A stretch of 64,000 bases of DNA from Chloroflexota bacterium. Its GTDB lineage: Bacteria > Chloroflexota > Anaerolineae > Anaerolineales > Villigracilaceae. Position numbers and translations under genes: made by a program. Where the stretch lies: positions 1-64,000 of the forward strand of contig JBDRPT010000038.1 in the NCBI GenBank assembly GCA_043826785.1, given 5' to 3'. The notes under the pieces were generated by a model that saw only the letters and a list, made by a program, of their open reading frames with translations, did not search any database and was not told where the DNA came from. Below, piece after piece: positions 10,211-20,407 of the stretch (its first letter is position 1; every line of letters starts with the position of its first letter).

Positions 10211-11560
10211 CTAGGGCATCATTCCATAGGGGGTTGAGTCTAAGATTTCAGGAATGCCATCGCCATCAGCATCAACCCAACCGAAGAGTGAATATGGAAA
10301 CCAGAGTCCTTTGTTCAGTTGGGCTATTCCGCTTCCATCTCCATCTGGCCAGAGGTGGGACCATCCAAACAAGTGGGTCAGCTCGTGTTCGTACAAAGCC
10401 CCTCCCACACTGTCCAAGTGATTTTGATAGGTGATCGCCAAGCCCATATTAACATGTGTTGGACCGCCCTGCACACACCCTCCGTACAATGCTATCCCTC
10501 CACGGGTGCCGTATTGCCAGACTGCGGTTGCATTATAGTCCAAGTCGACCTGGGCGATGATATCAAACTGAGATGGGTCATATCCGGTCAGCGATTCCAA
10601 AACATCGACTGAGGTGAAATCACCAGGTGTTGGAGGCGCGCCCAAAAAGACCGTAGTCGTCTCGATTTGGAGGATCGGCATCTCCATGCCTATACTTGTG
10701 GAATATTCGGCCCAACGGCGATTCGCTGCTTCAGCGGCATCTTCCAGTTCTTCCACTGCCGCCGCTGGGTCGACTCCGGTGTTGCCATAATCGACAACTA
10801 AAGTCAAAACCTTGTATTCTCCACGTGGACGGCAGACCCCGTTGACACCGCTATTTAGTGAATTGGAATAATGTCCACTGACTCCGCTTTCATCGTAGAG
10901 ATAAAGATAATAGTACCGATCGTCGATATACGCTACGCTGACCCACTGGTTCCAGGCACTACGCTCCGGATCTGGATCGCTGTAATGGAGAATAATCGGA
11001 TGGGTCAGAGCAAGGTTGAAATATTGACGATATAGATTGATGATCGTGTCCTGAATTGTCGGCGTCTCAGGAGGGATGCCTTCAACAAAAACGGTAATCG
11101 ATTGTTCTTCAATAACCCTGCCCCTATAATTAAACATCGTTATATCCAAGCGATATTCTCCATTCCCATGCCAGGGTATCCAATTCATATGGAGTTCCTC
11201 AATTCCGGGAGTGTAGAGCATGTCATGGCGGGATACCAAGATCCCATCTGCGTCAAGGGTGATTTTCTGTTCTCGGTCCGTCACATTAAGGGTCAATGTC
11301 GCGTAGGGAAATTTGCTCTCAGTGTATTGTTGTGCAGCAATGGTCGCACCATCGCTGATCCCAACAATTTGCCCCAGCGGTTGAGGTGTACTTGTTGGTG
11401 TCCGGGTTACCGAATCTGTAGCAATGGACAGTGGTAACGGGCTGGTAGGCGAGAATGTCACCTGGGCTGTATTCATCTCTGCCGTTGGCTTGGGGAGGTT
11501 GCACGACTGACACCCGAGAGCTATGACGAAAAGCGTTGAAAGTAATCGACATCTATTCAT
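10211..11560 (-). CDS. Secreted lipoprotein, putative zinc metallopeptidase
   Basis: Signal peptide with lipobox (IALGC). Thr/Ser/Pro-rich linker. C-terminal HExxH motif (YEHELTHLFGWSHLW) followed by an Asp/Gly-rich tail. Start placed at MNRCRLL. Confidence 0.55.
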   Translation of the reverse strand: MNRCRLLSTLFVIALGCQSCNLPKPTAEMNTAQVTFSPTSPLPLSIATDSVTRTPTSTPQPLGQIVGISDGATIAAQQYTESKFPYATLTLNVTDREQKITLDADGILVSRHDMLYTPGIEELHMNWIPWHGNGEYRLDITMFNYRGRVIEEQSITVFVEGIPPETPTIQDTIINLYRQYFNLALTHPIILHYSDPDPERSAWNQWVSVAYIDDRYYYLYLYDESGVSGHYSNSLNSGVNGVCRPRGEYKVLTLVVDYGNTGVDPAAAVEELEDAAEAANRRWAEYSTSIGMEMPILQIETTTVFLGAPPTPGDFTSVDVLESLTGYDPSQFDIIAQVDLDYNATAVWQYGTRGGIALYGGCVQGGPTHVNMGLAITYQNHLDSVGGALYEHELTHLFGWSHLWPDGDGSGIAQLNKGLWFPYSLFGWVDADGDGIPEILDSTPYGMMP

Positions 11561-11652
11561 GGATACCTCCAATGGGCATTATATCTTGTTGTACGATGGG
11601 TGAACCCCATCCGATTGTATAATCGTTATGCAGTGTTGCGAGGAGTAAATCT

Positions 11653-12468
11653 GTGAGACGTCATCAGTTATTAGAATCGATGAAGACCATCCTGCTAGAG
11701 GATAAAACTGTATTGGCGATGATGCTCTTCTGGATCATCATTTTAGTTGTTACCCCCGGATTCCATTATTTTGGCGGGGAGCAGGGGCTGGCAGCAGCAG
11801 TAAACCTCGGCGTTCTTTCACAAACGATGCTGGTCTGTGGGATCCTCATTCGTAAGCGGGGGTGGTGTTTGTTGCTGCGATTTGCTCCGCTCACCCTTTT
11901 TTGTGTCTTTATGGCTGAGCTAATCGGGAGTAAGACCGGAAACCTATTTGGTAATTATTATTACACAAATGTTTTACAGCCCCAGATCCTTGGAGTCCCG
12001 GTGCTCATCCCACTTGCCTGGATGATGATGCTGCCACCTTCCAGGGCGATCAGTCAACGGATCGTTCATGCAAACAAAAAGCCTGTCAAAGAGGATATTC
12101 GAGCAGTCCTAAGCGCGACCTTGGCAGCCCTTTCCTTCACGGCTTGGGATTTATTCCTCGACCCGCTGATGGTCAAGTGGAATCTTTGGGTTTGGGATCC
12201 ACCGGGTGCGTACTTTGGAATCCCGGTAGTGAATTTCTTTGGCTGGTTCGCGGTTTCGTGGTTGGTAAATATCGTCGTTTTCCCTGCCATCCGGCTTCCA
12301 GATCAACTCATCATCGTTTATGCATTCACCTGGATCATGCAGACGCTGGGTCTAGCCTTATTTTGGGGGCTATACGGGCCAGCGCTAGGCGGGTTTTTTG
12401 GAATGGGAGTCTTTGTGTTTCTGGCAATGCGGCCAATAATCCACGAATCAAAAGCAGTCAGACTATAA
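11653..12468 (+). CDS. Hypothetical polytopic membrane protein
   Basis: 271 aa, GTG start, 6-7 predicted TM helices. No motif that I can assign with confidence. Confidence 0.45.
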   Translation: MRRHQLLESMKTILLEDKTVLAMMLFWIIILVVTPGFHYFGGEQGLAAAVNLGVLSQTMLVCGILIRKRGWCLLLRFAPLTLFCVFMAELIGSKTGNLFGNYYYTNVLQPQILGVPVLIPLAWMMMLPPSRAISQRIVHANKKPVKEDIRAVLSATLAALSFTAWDLFLDPLMVKWNLWVWDPPGAYFGIPVVNFFGWFAVSWLVNIVVFPAIRLPDQLIIVYAFTWIMQTLGLALFWGLYGPALGGFFGMGVFVFLAMRPIIHESKAVRL

Positions 12469-12475
12469 TAGCACC

Positions 12476-13933
12476 ATGAAACAAGTCGACACTCAGGTCC
12501 CTTTGCGAAAGAACGTTGGAATGTGGTTATTTTTATTAGCTTTGCTACTCCGCCTGGCTCCCGTGTTGGCTTTCTCAGATCTCGGGATTGGGTTGGACGA
12601 CATGTTCCAATACGATATGCTCGCCCGGAGCATTGTTGCGGGAGATGGGTATCGCTGGTATGGTCAAGATGACCTCTATCTCGTTGAGAATTACATCACC
12701 TTTGATATGACGACTGTTGATTACGATCCACGCGGGGTTCTAACCTCCTTCCGACCGCCACTCTACCCTGCTTTTCTTGCCCTGATTTACTTCCTCTCCG
12801 GCGTAGATTCTGATCGCTTCTTCACAGCCCGCCTGGTGCAGGCATTCCTGAGCGCGGGGATGGTCCCGCTGACATATGCTCTAGCACGGAGGCTGTTCCC
12901 TGACAGAGAAGCAGTTGCGGCTATTTCTTCCTGGATCATCACACTGTACCCCATGTTGATCGTTTACCCGCTTTCTCTGGCAACAGAAAACTTATTTTTC
13001 ATTCTTGTGTTGGGCTCTATCCTTCTGCTCTTAAAAGCAGAGCAATCGAGGCAATGGTACTGGTTTGGGGCTGCGGGTATCGTGCTCGGATTGACAGCAC
13101 TGACCCGCTCGGTGTCGTTGGCCTTTGCGGGTCTGGCTGTGCTTTGGGCATGGTTCCTTTTGCGTGAACGTAAGAACGCGCTGATGGTTTTTTTGACTGT
13201 AACAATCGTGACCCTACCCTGGATGGTCAGGAATTCCATCTTGCATGGAAGACCGATAGGCATCGAATCTGCCCTGGGATATGACTTGTACGTTGGATAT
13301 CACCCAGACGGGGAGGGCGCTTTCGAATACCCACAATCCATGGATCTGATCCCCTTTCTCGATGATGGTTACCGGGATGAGCTTGGCCAGGAGAAGGCCT
13401 TGGAATTTATTCGCGATGACCCAGGCCGTGTCCCTTATCTTGTACTACGTCGGGCTGGATTTTTCTTCGGACTTGAACGCAGGGCAATGACATATTTTTA
13501 TTCGAATAACTATTTCGGCTATATCCCGACCGGCTTCTTCCTCGTGATTGCCGGGTTATTGCTCTTACCATTCGTTGTTGTAAGCACTTCGGCGATTGTA
13601 GGTTTTACCGTGACGTCATGGAATCAGAAGACCCTCTTGGTGGTGCTATTTTTTATCGGTTATATCACTCCTCATTTGCTGATCACAGCCGAAGACCGGT
13701 TCCATCTCACTATTGTCCCATTTCTTGCTATGCTTTCAGCCAATTACTGGGTTTCCGGCAGGAAAAGTCTCACTGCTCTATGGACAACCAGTCGTGGGAA
13801 GATCAGATTGATCATTGCTGGCATCATTGTATTGCTCCTCATCATGAATTGGGGTCTAGAGCTGTGGCGCGACTCGGAAATGCTTGCCCAGCTACTTGGT
13901 CCTCAGGGTAACATGACCTACTACCCTTACTAG
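12476..13933 (+). CDS. GT-C membrane glycosyltransferase (GT39/GT83 ArnT-like family)
   Basis: 485 aa, about 11 TM helices. N-terminal loop with acidic motif (LGIGLDDMFQYDMLARS) typical of PMT_2/ArnT-like transferases. Confidence 0.6.
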   Translation: MKQVDTQVPLRKNVGMWLFLLALLLRLAPVLAFSDLGIGLDDMFQYDMLARSIVAGDGYRWYGQDDLYLVENYITFDMTTVDYDPRGVLTSFRPPLYPAFLALIYFLSGVDSDRFFTARLVQAFLSAGMVPLTYALARRLFPDREAVAAISSWIITLYPMLIVYPLSLATENLFFILVLGSILLLLKAEQSRQWYWFGAAGIVLGLTALTRSVSLAFAGLAVLWAWFLLRERKNALMVFLTVTIVTLPWMVRNSILHGRPIGIESALGYDLYVGYHPDGEGAFEYPQSMDLIPFLDDGYRDELGQEKALEFIRDDPGRVPYLVLRRAGFFFGLERRAMTYFYSNNYFGYIPTGFFLVIAGLLLLPFVVVSTSAIVGFTVTSWNQKTLLVVLFFIGYITPHLLITAEDRFHLTIVPFLAMLSANYWVSGRKSLTALWTTSRGKIRLIIAGIIVLLLIMNWGLELWRDSEMLAQLLGPQGNMTYYPY

Positions 13934-13940
13934 GTGACCT

Positions 13941-14603
13941 ATGCTTGAAAAAATATTTCAAAAAATCCACTTTGACTGGAAAATAGTTACGATCACCATC
14001 ATAAGCACCTTATTGCTTATGATCGATGCGTATCACTTTCCTCTGGCTCCTTGGGAAACCTGGTTCCCTTCGTGGGTGGAGACGGGTTTATCCATGAAGG
14101 TGATCGACAGGACGATCCTCTACTTCCTGGTACCGATGCTTATCATAGTAATATTTTTCCGCGAGAAACCAAGCAGCTATGGATTTACGTTTGGTGACTG
14201 GAAGGCAGGGCTGGTGATTACACTGGCGGGGATCCTACTGATCGCTCCTGTGTTGTGGTTTGTCGGTCGCGGGGATGCCAGTATGCAGAATTACTATCAA
14301 AGCCAGATAGGCGGTCTTCCCTGGAATACTCTCTTGGATCTCTTTGGGTGGGAATTCATTTTCCGGGGATGGATCCTTTTCGGATATGCACGTAAATTTG
14401 GCCCCGAGGCGCTTTGGCTTCAGGCCGTGCCGTTTGCCTTGGCGCATATAGGCAAACCAGAGCTGGAAACCTTGTCCACCATCTTTGGCGGGTTTGCATT
14501 TGGCTGGGTGGCATACCGGACAAAATCGTTTGTTTATCCGCTGGTAATCCATTGGTTTGTTTCGTCGTTTACAATCATTGTTGCGGCGGGGTTGCTTGGA
14601 TAA
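13941..14603 (+). CDS. CPBP family intramembrane metalloprotease
   Basis: 220 aa. Motifs WEFIFRGW (EExxxR-like) and FALAHIGK (FxxxH) in TM helices. Confidence 0.65.
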   Translation: MLEKIFQKIHFDWKIVTITIISTLLLMIDAYHFPLAPWETWFPSWVETGLSMKVIDRTILYFLVPMLIIVIFFREKPSSYGFTFGDWKAGLVITLAGILLIAPVLWFVGRGDASMQNYYQSQIGGLPWNTLLDLFGWEFIFRGWILFGYARKFGPEALWLQAVPFALAHIGKPELETLSTIFGGFAFGWVAYRTKSFVYPLVIHWFVSSFTIIVAAGLLG

Positions 14604-15042
14604 AATAATCATCCGTCCGGCGAGAAGGGAAGACAGAGCTGAGATTCGCGGCATCATCTGGGATGCCCAGATCAATCCATTTGGGCTTCACTGGGATCGT
14701 TTCGTAGTTGCCGAAACCTCTAAAGACCAGATCGTTGGATGTGGACAAATCAAGCTTCATGGGGATGGTTCGTCGGAATTGGCATCCGTAGCTGTCCGGG
14801 AACAATTCCGAGGTCAGAGAGTAGGCAGGAAGATCATTGAGAAATTGGTTGCCTCTCGAAAGAATTCGCTTTATTTGATATGCCGTCCTGAACTGGAATT
14901 GTTTTACAATAGGTTTGGATTTACGAGTGATAACTTAAAGAGATTGCCACCATACTTTAGGATTATCTACCTGGTAGTAAGTAATATGGCAAGAATCGTA
15001 CCGGGGAACGATCGAAGAATTATTGTGATGGTCCTGGAATGA
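14596..15042 (+). CDS. GNAT family N-acetyltransferase
   Basis: Acetyl-CoA binding motif QFRGQRVGRKIIEKL (Q/RxxGxG/A). Probable TTG start overlapping the stop of the upstream gene (ttggaTAA). The ORF track starts at 14557. Confidence 0.7.
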   Translation: MDKIIIRPARREDRAEIRGIIWDAQINPFGLHWDRFVVAETSKDQIVGCGQIKLHGDGSSELASVAVREQFRGQRVGRKIIEKLVASRKNSLYLICRPELELFYNRFGFTSDNLKRLPPYFRIIYLVVSNMARIVPGNDRRIIVMVLE

Positions 15043-15055
15043 ACTAGGAAGGGGA

Positions 15056-15592
15056 GTGGACATGGGAAAAATTATTCTCTATATAACCTATGGGATATTT
15101 ATCGGGCTGCTTGCTGGCGGAGTCATCTGGATTACATCCAGCAATCCGAGAGGCGAGCCAGTCGGGTTATTGCCCACCCCGACCCCGGAACTGGTGACGG
15201 TGTATATCAGCGGAGCGGTTGTGGCACCCGGTTTATATTCCCTCCCGCTCGACAGCCGGGTTGCAGATGTGGTCGATGCTGCGGGTGGATTTTCTGTCAA
15301 TGCGCAACAAGAACAGGTCAATCTGGCATTGGTTCTGACAGATGGAATGCAAGTCCATGTCCCGGGCGGTGGGCTGCCGAGTCATATCAGCGCGGGGCGC
15401 GTGAATATCAACACCGCGACTAGTGATGAACTAGAGACCCTGCCAGGGATAGGGCCAACAACAGCCCAGAACATCATCGACTTTCGCCTGCAGAACGGCC
15501 CGTTCCAGGTGATCCAGGATATCGAGAATGTCCCCGGGATTGGTCCTGCGACCTATGAACGGATCAAGGATTACATCACTGTCGGTCAGTAG
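15056..15592 (+). CDS. comEA: ComEA-like competence DNA-binding protein (SLBB + helix-hairpin-helix)
   Basis: N-terminal TM anchor, SLBB-like middle, C-terminal tandem HhH (NINTATSDELETLPGIGPTTAQNI...IENVPGIGPATYERI). Confidence 0.8.
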   Translation: MDMGKIILYITYGIFIGLLAGGVIWITSSNPRGEPVGLLPTPTPELVTVYISGAVVAPGLYSLPLDSRVADVVDAAGGFSVNAQQEQVNLALVLTDGMQVHVPGGGLPSHISAGRVNINTATSDELETLPGIGPTTAQNIIDFRLQNGPFQVIQDIENVPGIGPATYERIKDYITVGQ

Positions 15593-15626
15593 GTATTCTT
15601 ATCTCAAATTGGAGCTGTGTTGAGTT

Positions 15627-16202
15627 ATGCCATTTGACCATTTCGGCCTGATTGCAAAATTCTATAACCGCGTTGCCAATTACACATTGGATAACCATGC
15701 TATCCGCCGGATTGATCTCCCTACCCGGGGAAAGCTCTTGGATGTCGGTGGTGGCACAGGGCGGCTTGCTGCTGCCTTGATTGATCAGGTTGATCTGGTG
15801 ATTGTGTCTGATCCATCCCAGGGGATGCTCGCACATGCTGCGCAGAAGGAGCTTGATGTTGTATGCGCGACCGCCGAATCGCTCCCTTACCCGGAAGCAT
15901 GTTTTTCCAGGATCGTGATGCTTGATGTCTTGCACCATGTCCATGACCAAGGGGTGACAATTGCGGACCTGTGGCGGGTTCTTGAGCCGGGAGGCAGGCT
16001 GGTAATTGTTGAGCCCGATATCCACAAGTTCGGGGTAAAGCTTATCGCAATTGCAGAAAAAGTCTTATTAATGCGCAGCCATTTTCTGTCGGGAGAGGAT
16101 ATCCTATCCCTGGTAGATTTCCCGGGCGCGCAACATCATCTTGTTTATGAGGAGAATAATGTTTGGATAATCCTTATGAAGGCTGATCAACTCGAAAAAT
16201 AA
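15627..16202 (+). CDS. Class I SAM-dependent methyltransferase
   Basis: SAM motif I LLDVGGGTGRLA. Post-I acidic residue and motif II/III (RIVMLDVLHHV, LEPGGRLVIVEP). Confidence 0.8.
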   Translation: MPFDHFGLIAKFYNRVANYTLDNHAIRRIDLPTRGKLLDVGGGTGRLAAALIDQVDLVIVSDPSQGMLAHAAQKELDVVCATAESLPYPEACFSRIVMLDVLHHVHDQGVTIADLWRVLEPGGRLVIVEPDIHKFGVKLIAIAEKVLLMRSHFLSGEDILSLVDFPGAQHHLVYEENNVWIILMKADQLEK

Positions 16203-16235
16203 ATCAACCTTTCGATGCCCGGTCGTTGTTCTTCG

Positions 16236-16574
16236 TCAGATGGAGATCACCTTTCCGGCCATGAATTGGGCCTCGATAATATCAGTCATCCCCCCAACAA
16301 TCCCGGCATTAATTTGACCCGTGTGACCATAGAAATCCAGACAGGTGTTACAAACAACCAGCCTGACCCCGCGGGACTCAAGGGTTTGTAACTCTTTGAT
16401 CACCGGGGATCCGTCTAAAACAAGCTTAACACCCTCAGTGTAGAAACAGATTGCACGTGGCAGGTCAGGTAAATCTGCGAGCAAGTGAATATACTTCCTG
16501 ATGAGGCTAATCATCAACTCCGCTGGGCCTTCCCCCATGCCATAGCGGGTTATTAGGATGACAGTATCTTTCAT
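16236..16574 (-). CDS. DsrE/DsrF-like family protein
   Basis: 112 aa. Pattern VCNTCLDFYG resembles the conserved Cys-containing segment of DsrE/YchN-like proteins. Confidence 0.55.
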   Translation of the reverse strand: MKDTVILITRYGMGEGPAELMISLIRKYIHLLADLPDLPRAICFYTEGVKLVLDGSPVIKELQTLESRGVRLVVCNTCLDFYGHTGQINAGIVGGMTDIIEAQFMAGKVISI

Positions 16575-16582
16575 TTGGCGTT

Positions 16583-16843
16583 TTACTCCTCGGGTATTGA
16601 AATTGGGTTTTCACCTTGTTTAAATAGCTCGTAGAGTTCCCGCGCCTGGACAATATTTATCTTAGGGACGAAGACCTGAACGCGGCCGAGGCCATCGATC
16701 GTTACGGGGAAGACATGGTGTCCTACAGCCTCCTGGAACAATTCGACATCAATCCCCTCGGCACGTAGATAGGAAGCGAGAACTTCTGCATCGATCCGAC
16801 CGTAGACATCAGCAAGTTTTTCCCAGGTTAATTTATCCATCAT
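16583..16843 (-). CDS. DUF2007-like small protein (putative signal-transducing protein)
   Basis: 86 aa. Resembles the DUF2007 fold family from memory. Lies 8 nt upstream of the DsrE-like gene and 26 nt downstream of dinG. Confidence 0.45.
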   Translation of the reverse strand: MMDKLTWEKLADVYGRIDAEVLASYLRAEGIDVELFQEAVGHHVFPVTIDGLGRVQVFVPKINIVQARELYELFKQGENPISIPEE

Positions 16844-16869
16844 TCAATTCCTCTGTGGTCAAGTAGTGA

Positions 16870-19701
16870 TCATAGGTTCAACCATTTGGACGTAATTTTT
16901 GGTAATTCTGCCAACCCACCGACGCGCACGGTACATTGGGGGAGCGACTCGAGAAATGCCCGCCCATACTGTTTTGTGAGTACCCTCCGATCGAGAATAA
17001 CTACGACGCCGCGATCTTGTTGGGTTCTGATTAGCCGTCCAAAGCCTTGCCGGAACCTCAAGATGGCTTCAGGGAGATGGTATTCATAGAATGGGTCTTC
17101 ATAGGTCTCGGACCGGGCTGCGACCAATGGGTCGGATGGAACGGAAAAGGGGAGTTTTACGATCACAAGGACCGACAATGCCTCGCCGGGCACATCGATC
17201 CCCTCCCAAAATGCGCGCGTTCCCAACAGAACTGCCCGGGCGGAACTCTTGAATGATTCCAGCAGCGCGTTGGGAGAGGCGCCTTCCCCCTGTTCGTAAA
17301 CGATAATATCCTGCTGTGCCAATGGCTCCGAGATTGCCTTTGATGTTCGTTTCAGCTGTGCATAGGATGTAAACAACGCAAGGGTGCGACCTCCACTGGC
17401 TGTGCACAGGTTGATCAGGGCGCGTTCGATTTGTCGCTGGTTGTCCGGACTGTTGGGTTCAGCGATATCATTGGCAATATATAACAATGCTGCGCTTTCA
17501 TAATCAAACGGCGATCCGAGGGCCAGTTCGTCCGCCTCCTCTGCGCTGAGGATATTGCGAAGATAAGAAAATTCTCCATGGGTCGTCAGGGTAGCCGAAG
17601 TGAGAATGACGCTCGATTTCTCATGCCAGAGGTGTTTCTGGACAAGCGTCCCGATCCGGATTGGAGCTGCATTCAAGGCAAGCCTGTTGGAATTTGGGTT
17701 GACCTCGACCCAATAGACATAATCAGGCGCCGGTTCGAAGATCAATCCTGAAATCATTTTTTCAGCCTCGATTAGCCGTCGGTATGAATTGCCGACATGG
17801 CCAATGACATCTTCGAGGTCATCCAGGCCAGCAGTGTACAATTCTGCCACTCCCTTCTGTAGCTCGCCCACCAGCACAATCAACAATTGCATGGTCTCGC
17901 AAGCTGTCTCCCAGGCAATTTCAACCTCTTCCCAGCCCGGCAGTGTCCGGGTGGATGGCAGGATCCGTTCCTGGTGGGCATACATGCTTGGCGGTTGACC
18001 TTCTTTTTGATAGGAGATGAATTCGCCAACTGCCTGGAAGAATGCCCGGGTTTGGTTCTCCAATCTCCAGCCCAGGTCAGTTGCCCGGGAAACTTTCTGG
18101 TCTAAGACGGCAAAGTCCGATGGGCGGATGATATTCCGAGTGATGCTTAGTAAATAGCCAAGGGTGCCAGATGTGGATCCGCCCAGTTCGCGGATAAGGC
18201 GGTCGATGTCGTTCTGATTGAGACGGAAACTCAAAGCGCTGGTGGTGGCGGCTTCCAGGTGATGCCCTTCATCGACTATTAAATACTCATATTCTGGCAA
18301 GACCCGGTTTCCAACGGCAATATCGGTCAATAGAAGGGAATGATTGACAATCAGGATGTGGGCATGTTGAGCGGCTTGCTTCGCCATAAAGAAAGGGCAT
18401 TTGCCGCCGGTGCGTTCGAGACAGGTTTCTGTTGTGCAGGCGTCGTCTTCTGCCGATACTCGCACCCAGATTTCCCGTTCAGATGGCCCGGTCAGGTTGA
18501 TCTCCGTCCGGTCGCCGCTGGAATTTTCCTGCAGCCAGACCAACACTTTTGCGAGAATACGCATCTCATCGGCGGATGAGGGGCCATGGCGACGCAACAG
18601 ATCATACCGCCTCGGACAAAGATAATTTGAACGCCCCTTCAAGACTGCGGCCCGTAGATCAATGCCGAGGGAGGCTCGGAGGTCGGGAATGTCCTTTTTG
18701 ATAAGTTGGTCTTGAAGGTTAATTGTGTTCGTTGAGATAACGACCCTGGTGTTGTTCCGCGTGGCGAAGATCGCGGCGGGAACCAGGTAAGCGAGTGATT
18801 TACCTACGCCTGTGCCGGCTTCGACCAGCAGGTGCTGACTATTTGAGAGAGCATTTGTCACAGCCTTCAGCATTTCCACCTGTTCGGGGCGGTATTCATA
18901 GTTCTCGAAATATTCCGAAAACGGCCCACCATATTCCAGGATAGCTGATATCTCTTCGGGGTCAAGGACATGAACTTCGTCGGGGATCTGCAACTGGGGC
19001 GATTGGCGGATATCATCCTGCAGATCAAACCATGGATACGGTGTCTTCTCCGGAGCTTTTATTGCCTGCGATCTTCCCCGCAGGCTTTCTTTCAACGCTT
19101 GTTGGAAGAACCAACGGCCATCCCACTCGATTGGCTCGCTGTGGCGCACGATCTCGGCCAAGATATCCACCGGCAGTTCGCATGCCATTGAATATAACCG
19201 CAGAAATACACCTTGAGTGACCCGCGCGTCGTCTAAGGCGCGGTGGGTGGCCGGAAAAGGTATTCCGAGGGTTTGTCCAAGTGCTCCAAGATTGTAACGA
19301 CTGGCCGATGGCAGCAAAATAGCTGCCGCCTCATATGTGTCGATGTGCGGGTTTTCAGTGAATAATTTATGTTTCTTGAAAAATGAGAGGTCGAATTGTA
19401 CATTATGTCCCAGGACGGGGCTGTCGCCAACAAATGCGGCAAGTTCTTCAAGGACATCGCGAATTTTGGGCGCCTGGCGGACCATCTCGTCACCGATGCC
19501 GGTCAACCCGGTGATGAACTCGGGAATGTGACGGCCCGGGTTGATCAGCGATGACCATTCGTCTTCCACCCGGGAACCTTTGAATCGGATCGCACCGATC
19601 TCGATGATTGCGTCCCGTTCGGGGTCCAGCCCGGTGGTTTCTATGTCCAGGGCGACGATCGACTTCATGGAAGGTTTTTGCCTGCTACGCTTCTCTGCCA
19701 A
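16870..19701 (-). CDS. dinG: Bifunctional DinG-family ATP-dependent helicase with N-terminal DnaQ-like 3'-5' exonuclease domain
   Basis: 943 aa. N-terminal DEDDh exonuclease motif IVALDIETTGLDPERDAIIEIGAI. SF2 helicase Walker A (AGTGVGKSLAYL), DEGH box (VDEGHHL). Helicase C_2 C-terminal region. Confidence 0.9.
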   Translation of the reverse strand: MAEKRSRQKPSMKSIVALDIETTGLDPERDAIIEIGAIRFKGSRVEDEWSSLINPGRHIPEFITGLTGIGDEMVRQAPKIRDVLEELAAFVGDSPVLGHNVQFDLSFFKKHKLFTENPHIDTYEAAAILLPSASRYNLGALGQTLGIPFPATHRALDDARVTQGVFLRLYSMACELPVDILAEIVRHSEPIEWDGRWFFQQALKESLRGRSQAIKAPEKTPYPWFDLQDDIRQSPQLQIPDEVHVLDPEEISAILEYGGPFSEYFENYEYRPEQVEMLKAVTNALSNSQHLLVEAGTGVGKSLAYLVPAAIFATRNNTRVVISTNTINLQDQLIKKDIPDLRASLGIDLRAAVLKGRSNYLCPRRYDLLRRHGPSSADEMRILAKVLVWLQENSSGDRTEINLTGPSEREIWVRVSAEDDACTTETCLERTGGKCPFFMAKQAAQHAHILIVNHSLLLTDIAVGNRVLPEYEYLIVDEGHHLEAATTSALSFRLNQNDIDRLIRELGGSTSGTLGYLLSITRNIIRPSDFAVLDQKVSRATDLGWRLENQTRAFFQAVGEFISYQKEGQPPSMYAHQERILPSTRTLPGWEEVEIAWETACETMQLLIVLVGELQKGVAELYTAGLDDLEDVIGHVGNSYRRLIEAEKMISGLIFEPAPDYVYWVEVNPNSNRLALNAAPIRIGTLVQKHLWHEKSSVILTSATLTTHGEFSYLRNILSAEEADELALGSPFDYESAALLYIANDIAEPNSPDNQRQIERALINLCTASGGRTLALFTSYAQLKRTSKAISEPLAQQDIIVYEQGEGASPNALLESFKSSARAVLLGTRAFWEGIDVPGEALSVLVIVKLPFSVPSDPLVAARSETYEDPFYEYHLPEAILRFRQGFGRLIRTQQDRGVVVILDRRVLTKQYGRAFLESLPQCTVRVGGLAELPKITSKWLNL

Positions 19702-20401
19702 CCTGAGGCAAGGCTGCCTGGAGAGCGGAAAGCGTATCTTTTGGAAGCGGATTATTCTTTGCAGCCGCCCGAAGGGAATCTTTGATCTCGCGAGGCGTGA
19801 TTGCAGGCAAAGGTGCGTCTTCTAATGCCAGATCCACCTTTGGATGTGTAAAAACCAATAGGGCACGGATTTCCGGGATGACCGCATCTTCCGCCAGGAT
19901 TTTGAAGAGATATTTTCTTAACGAGTCAATCTCCACGCGGGCATCCATATCTGGCTTACCGATGCTCTCCTGTCCAAAAATGCGCATATAGGTTTGAAGG
20001 AATCCACCGCCTGAGGCCCGCCAGCGACCCTTTGTAAACGAGATTCTTCCACTCTGGTAATAAGGCAGGATCGTCCACACACCAGCAGGGCCGACGAGTA
20101 AATGTGCTGCGGGCGTCATGTAATGATAGATCGAATACTCACGCCCAAGTCCCTTTAAGTTTTTATCGATGATCTGATCGAGTCTGGGAATTCGGCCCCA
20201 GCGGTTTCCAAAGTAGATACCGACCTGGGAAAGGACAAAACCAAAGATGAATGCAGCCCAAAGCCACATTACAATTTCCGGATCCTGGATCTGGAAGGAT
20301 GCGATCAGGCCGCCCACAAGCATAAGCATCCCTACCAAACTCGTGACTTTGCCGATAGCAGAATTGCGTTTGATCAACCTTTCATTCGTTATGATATTCA
20401 T
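19685..20401 (-). CDS. Membrane-anchored NERD-like domain protein (catalytic residues apparently degenerate)
   Basis: 238 aa with two N-terminal TM helices. The segment YSIYHYMTPAAHLLVGPAGVWTILPYYQSGRI aligns by eye to the NERD core (xIDHLLIxxxGIFVIETKNYSG), but D to A and ETK to LPY replacements are present. Its 3' end overlaps the dinG start by 17 nt. Confidence 0.45.
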   Translation of the reverse strand: MNIITNERLIKRNSAIGKVTSLVGMLMLVGGLIASFQIQDPEIVMWLWAAFIFGFVLSQVGIYFGNRWGRIPRLDQIIDKNLKGLGREYSIYHYMTPAAHLLVGPAGVWTILPYYQSGRISFTKGRWRASGGGFLQTYMRIFGQESIGKPDMDARVEIDSLRKYLFKILAEDAVIPEIRALLVFTHPKVDLALEDAPLPAITPREIKDSLRAAAKNNPLPKDTLSALQAALPQVGREA

Positions 20402-20407
20402 GAGGCC

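Noticed and set aside
11600-11640. Sigma70-like promoter (TATAAT at about 11626) upstream of the membrane protein gene
   Set aside because: The -10 hexamer is present but no convincing -35 sits at proper spacing. Not reported as a feature.
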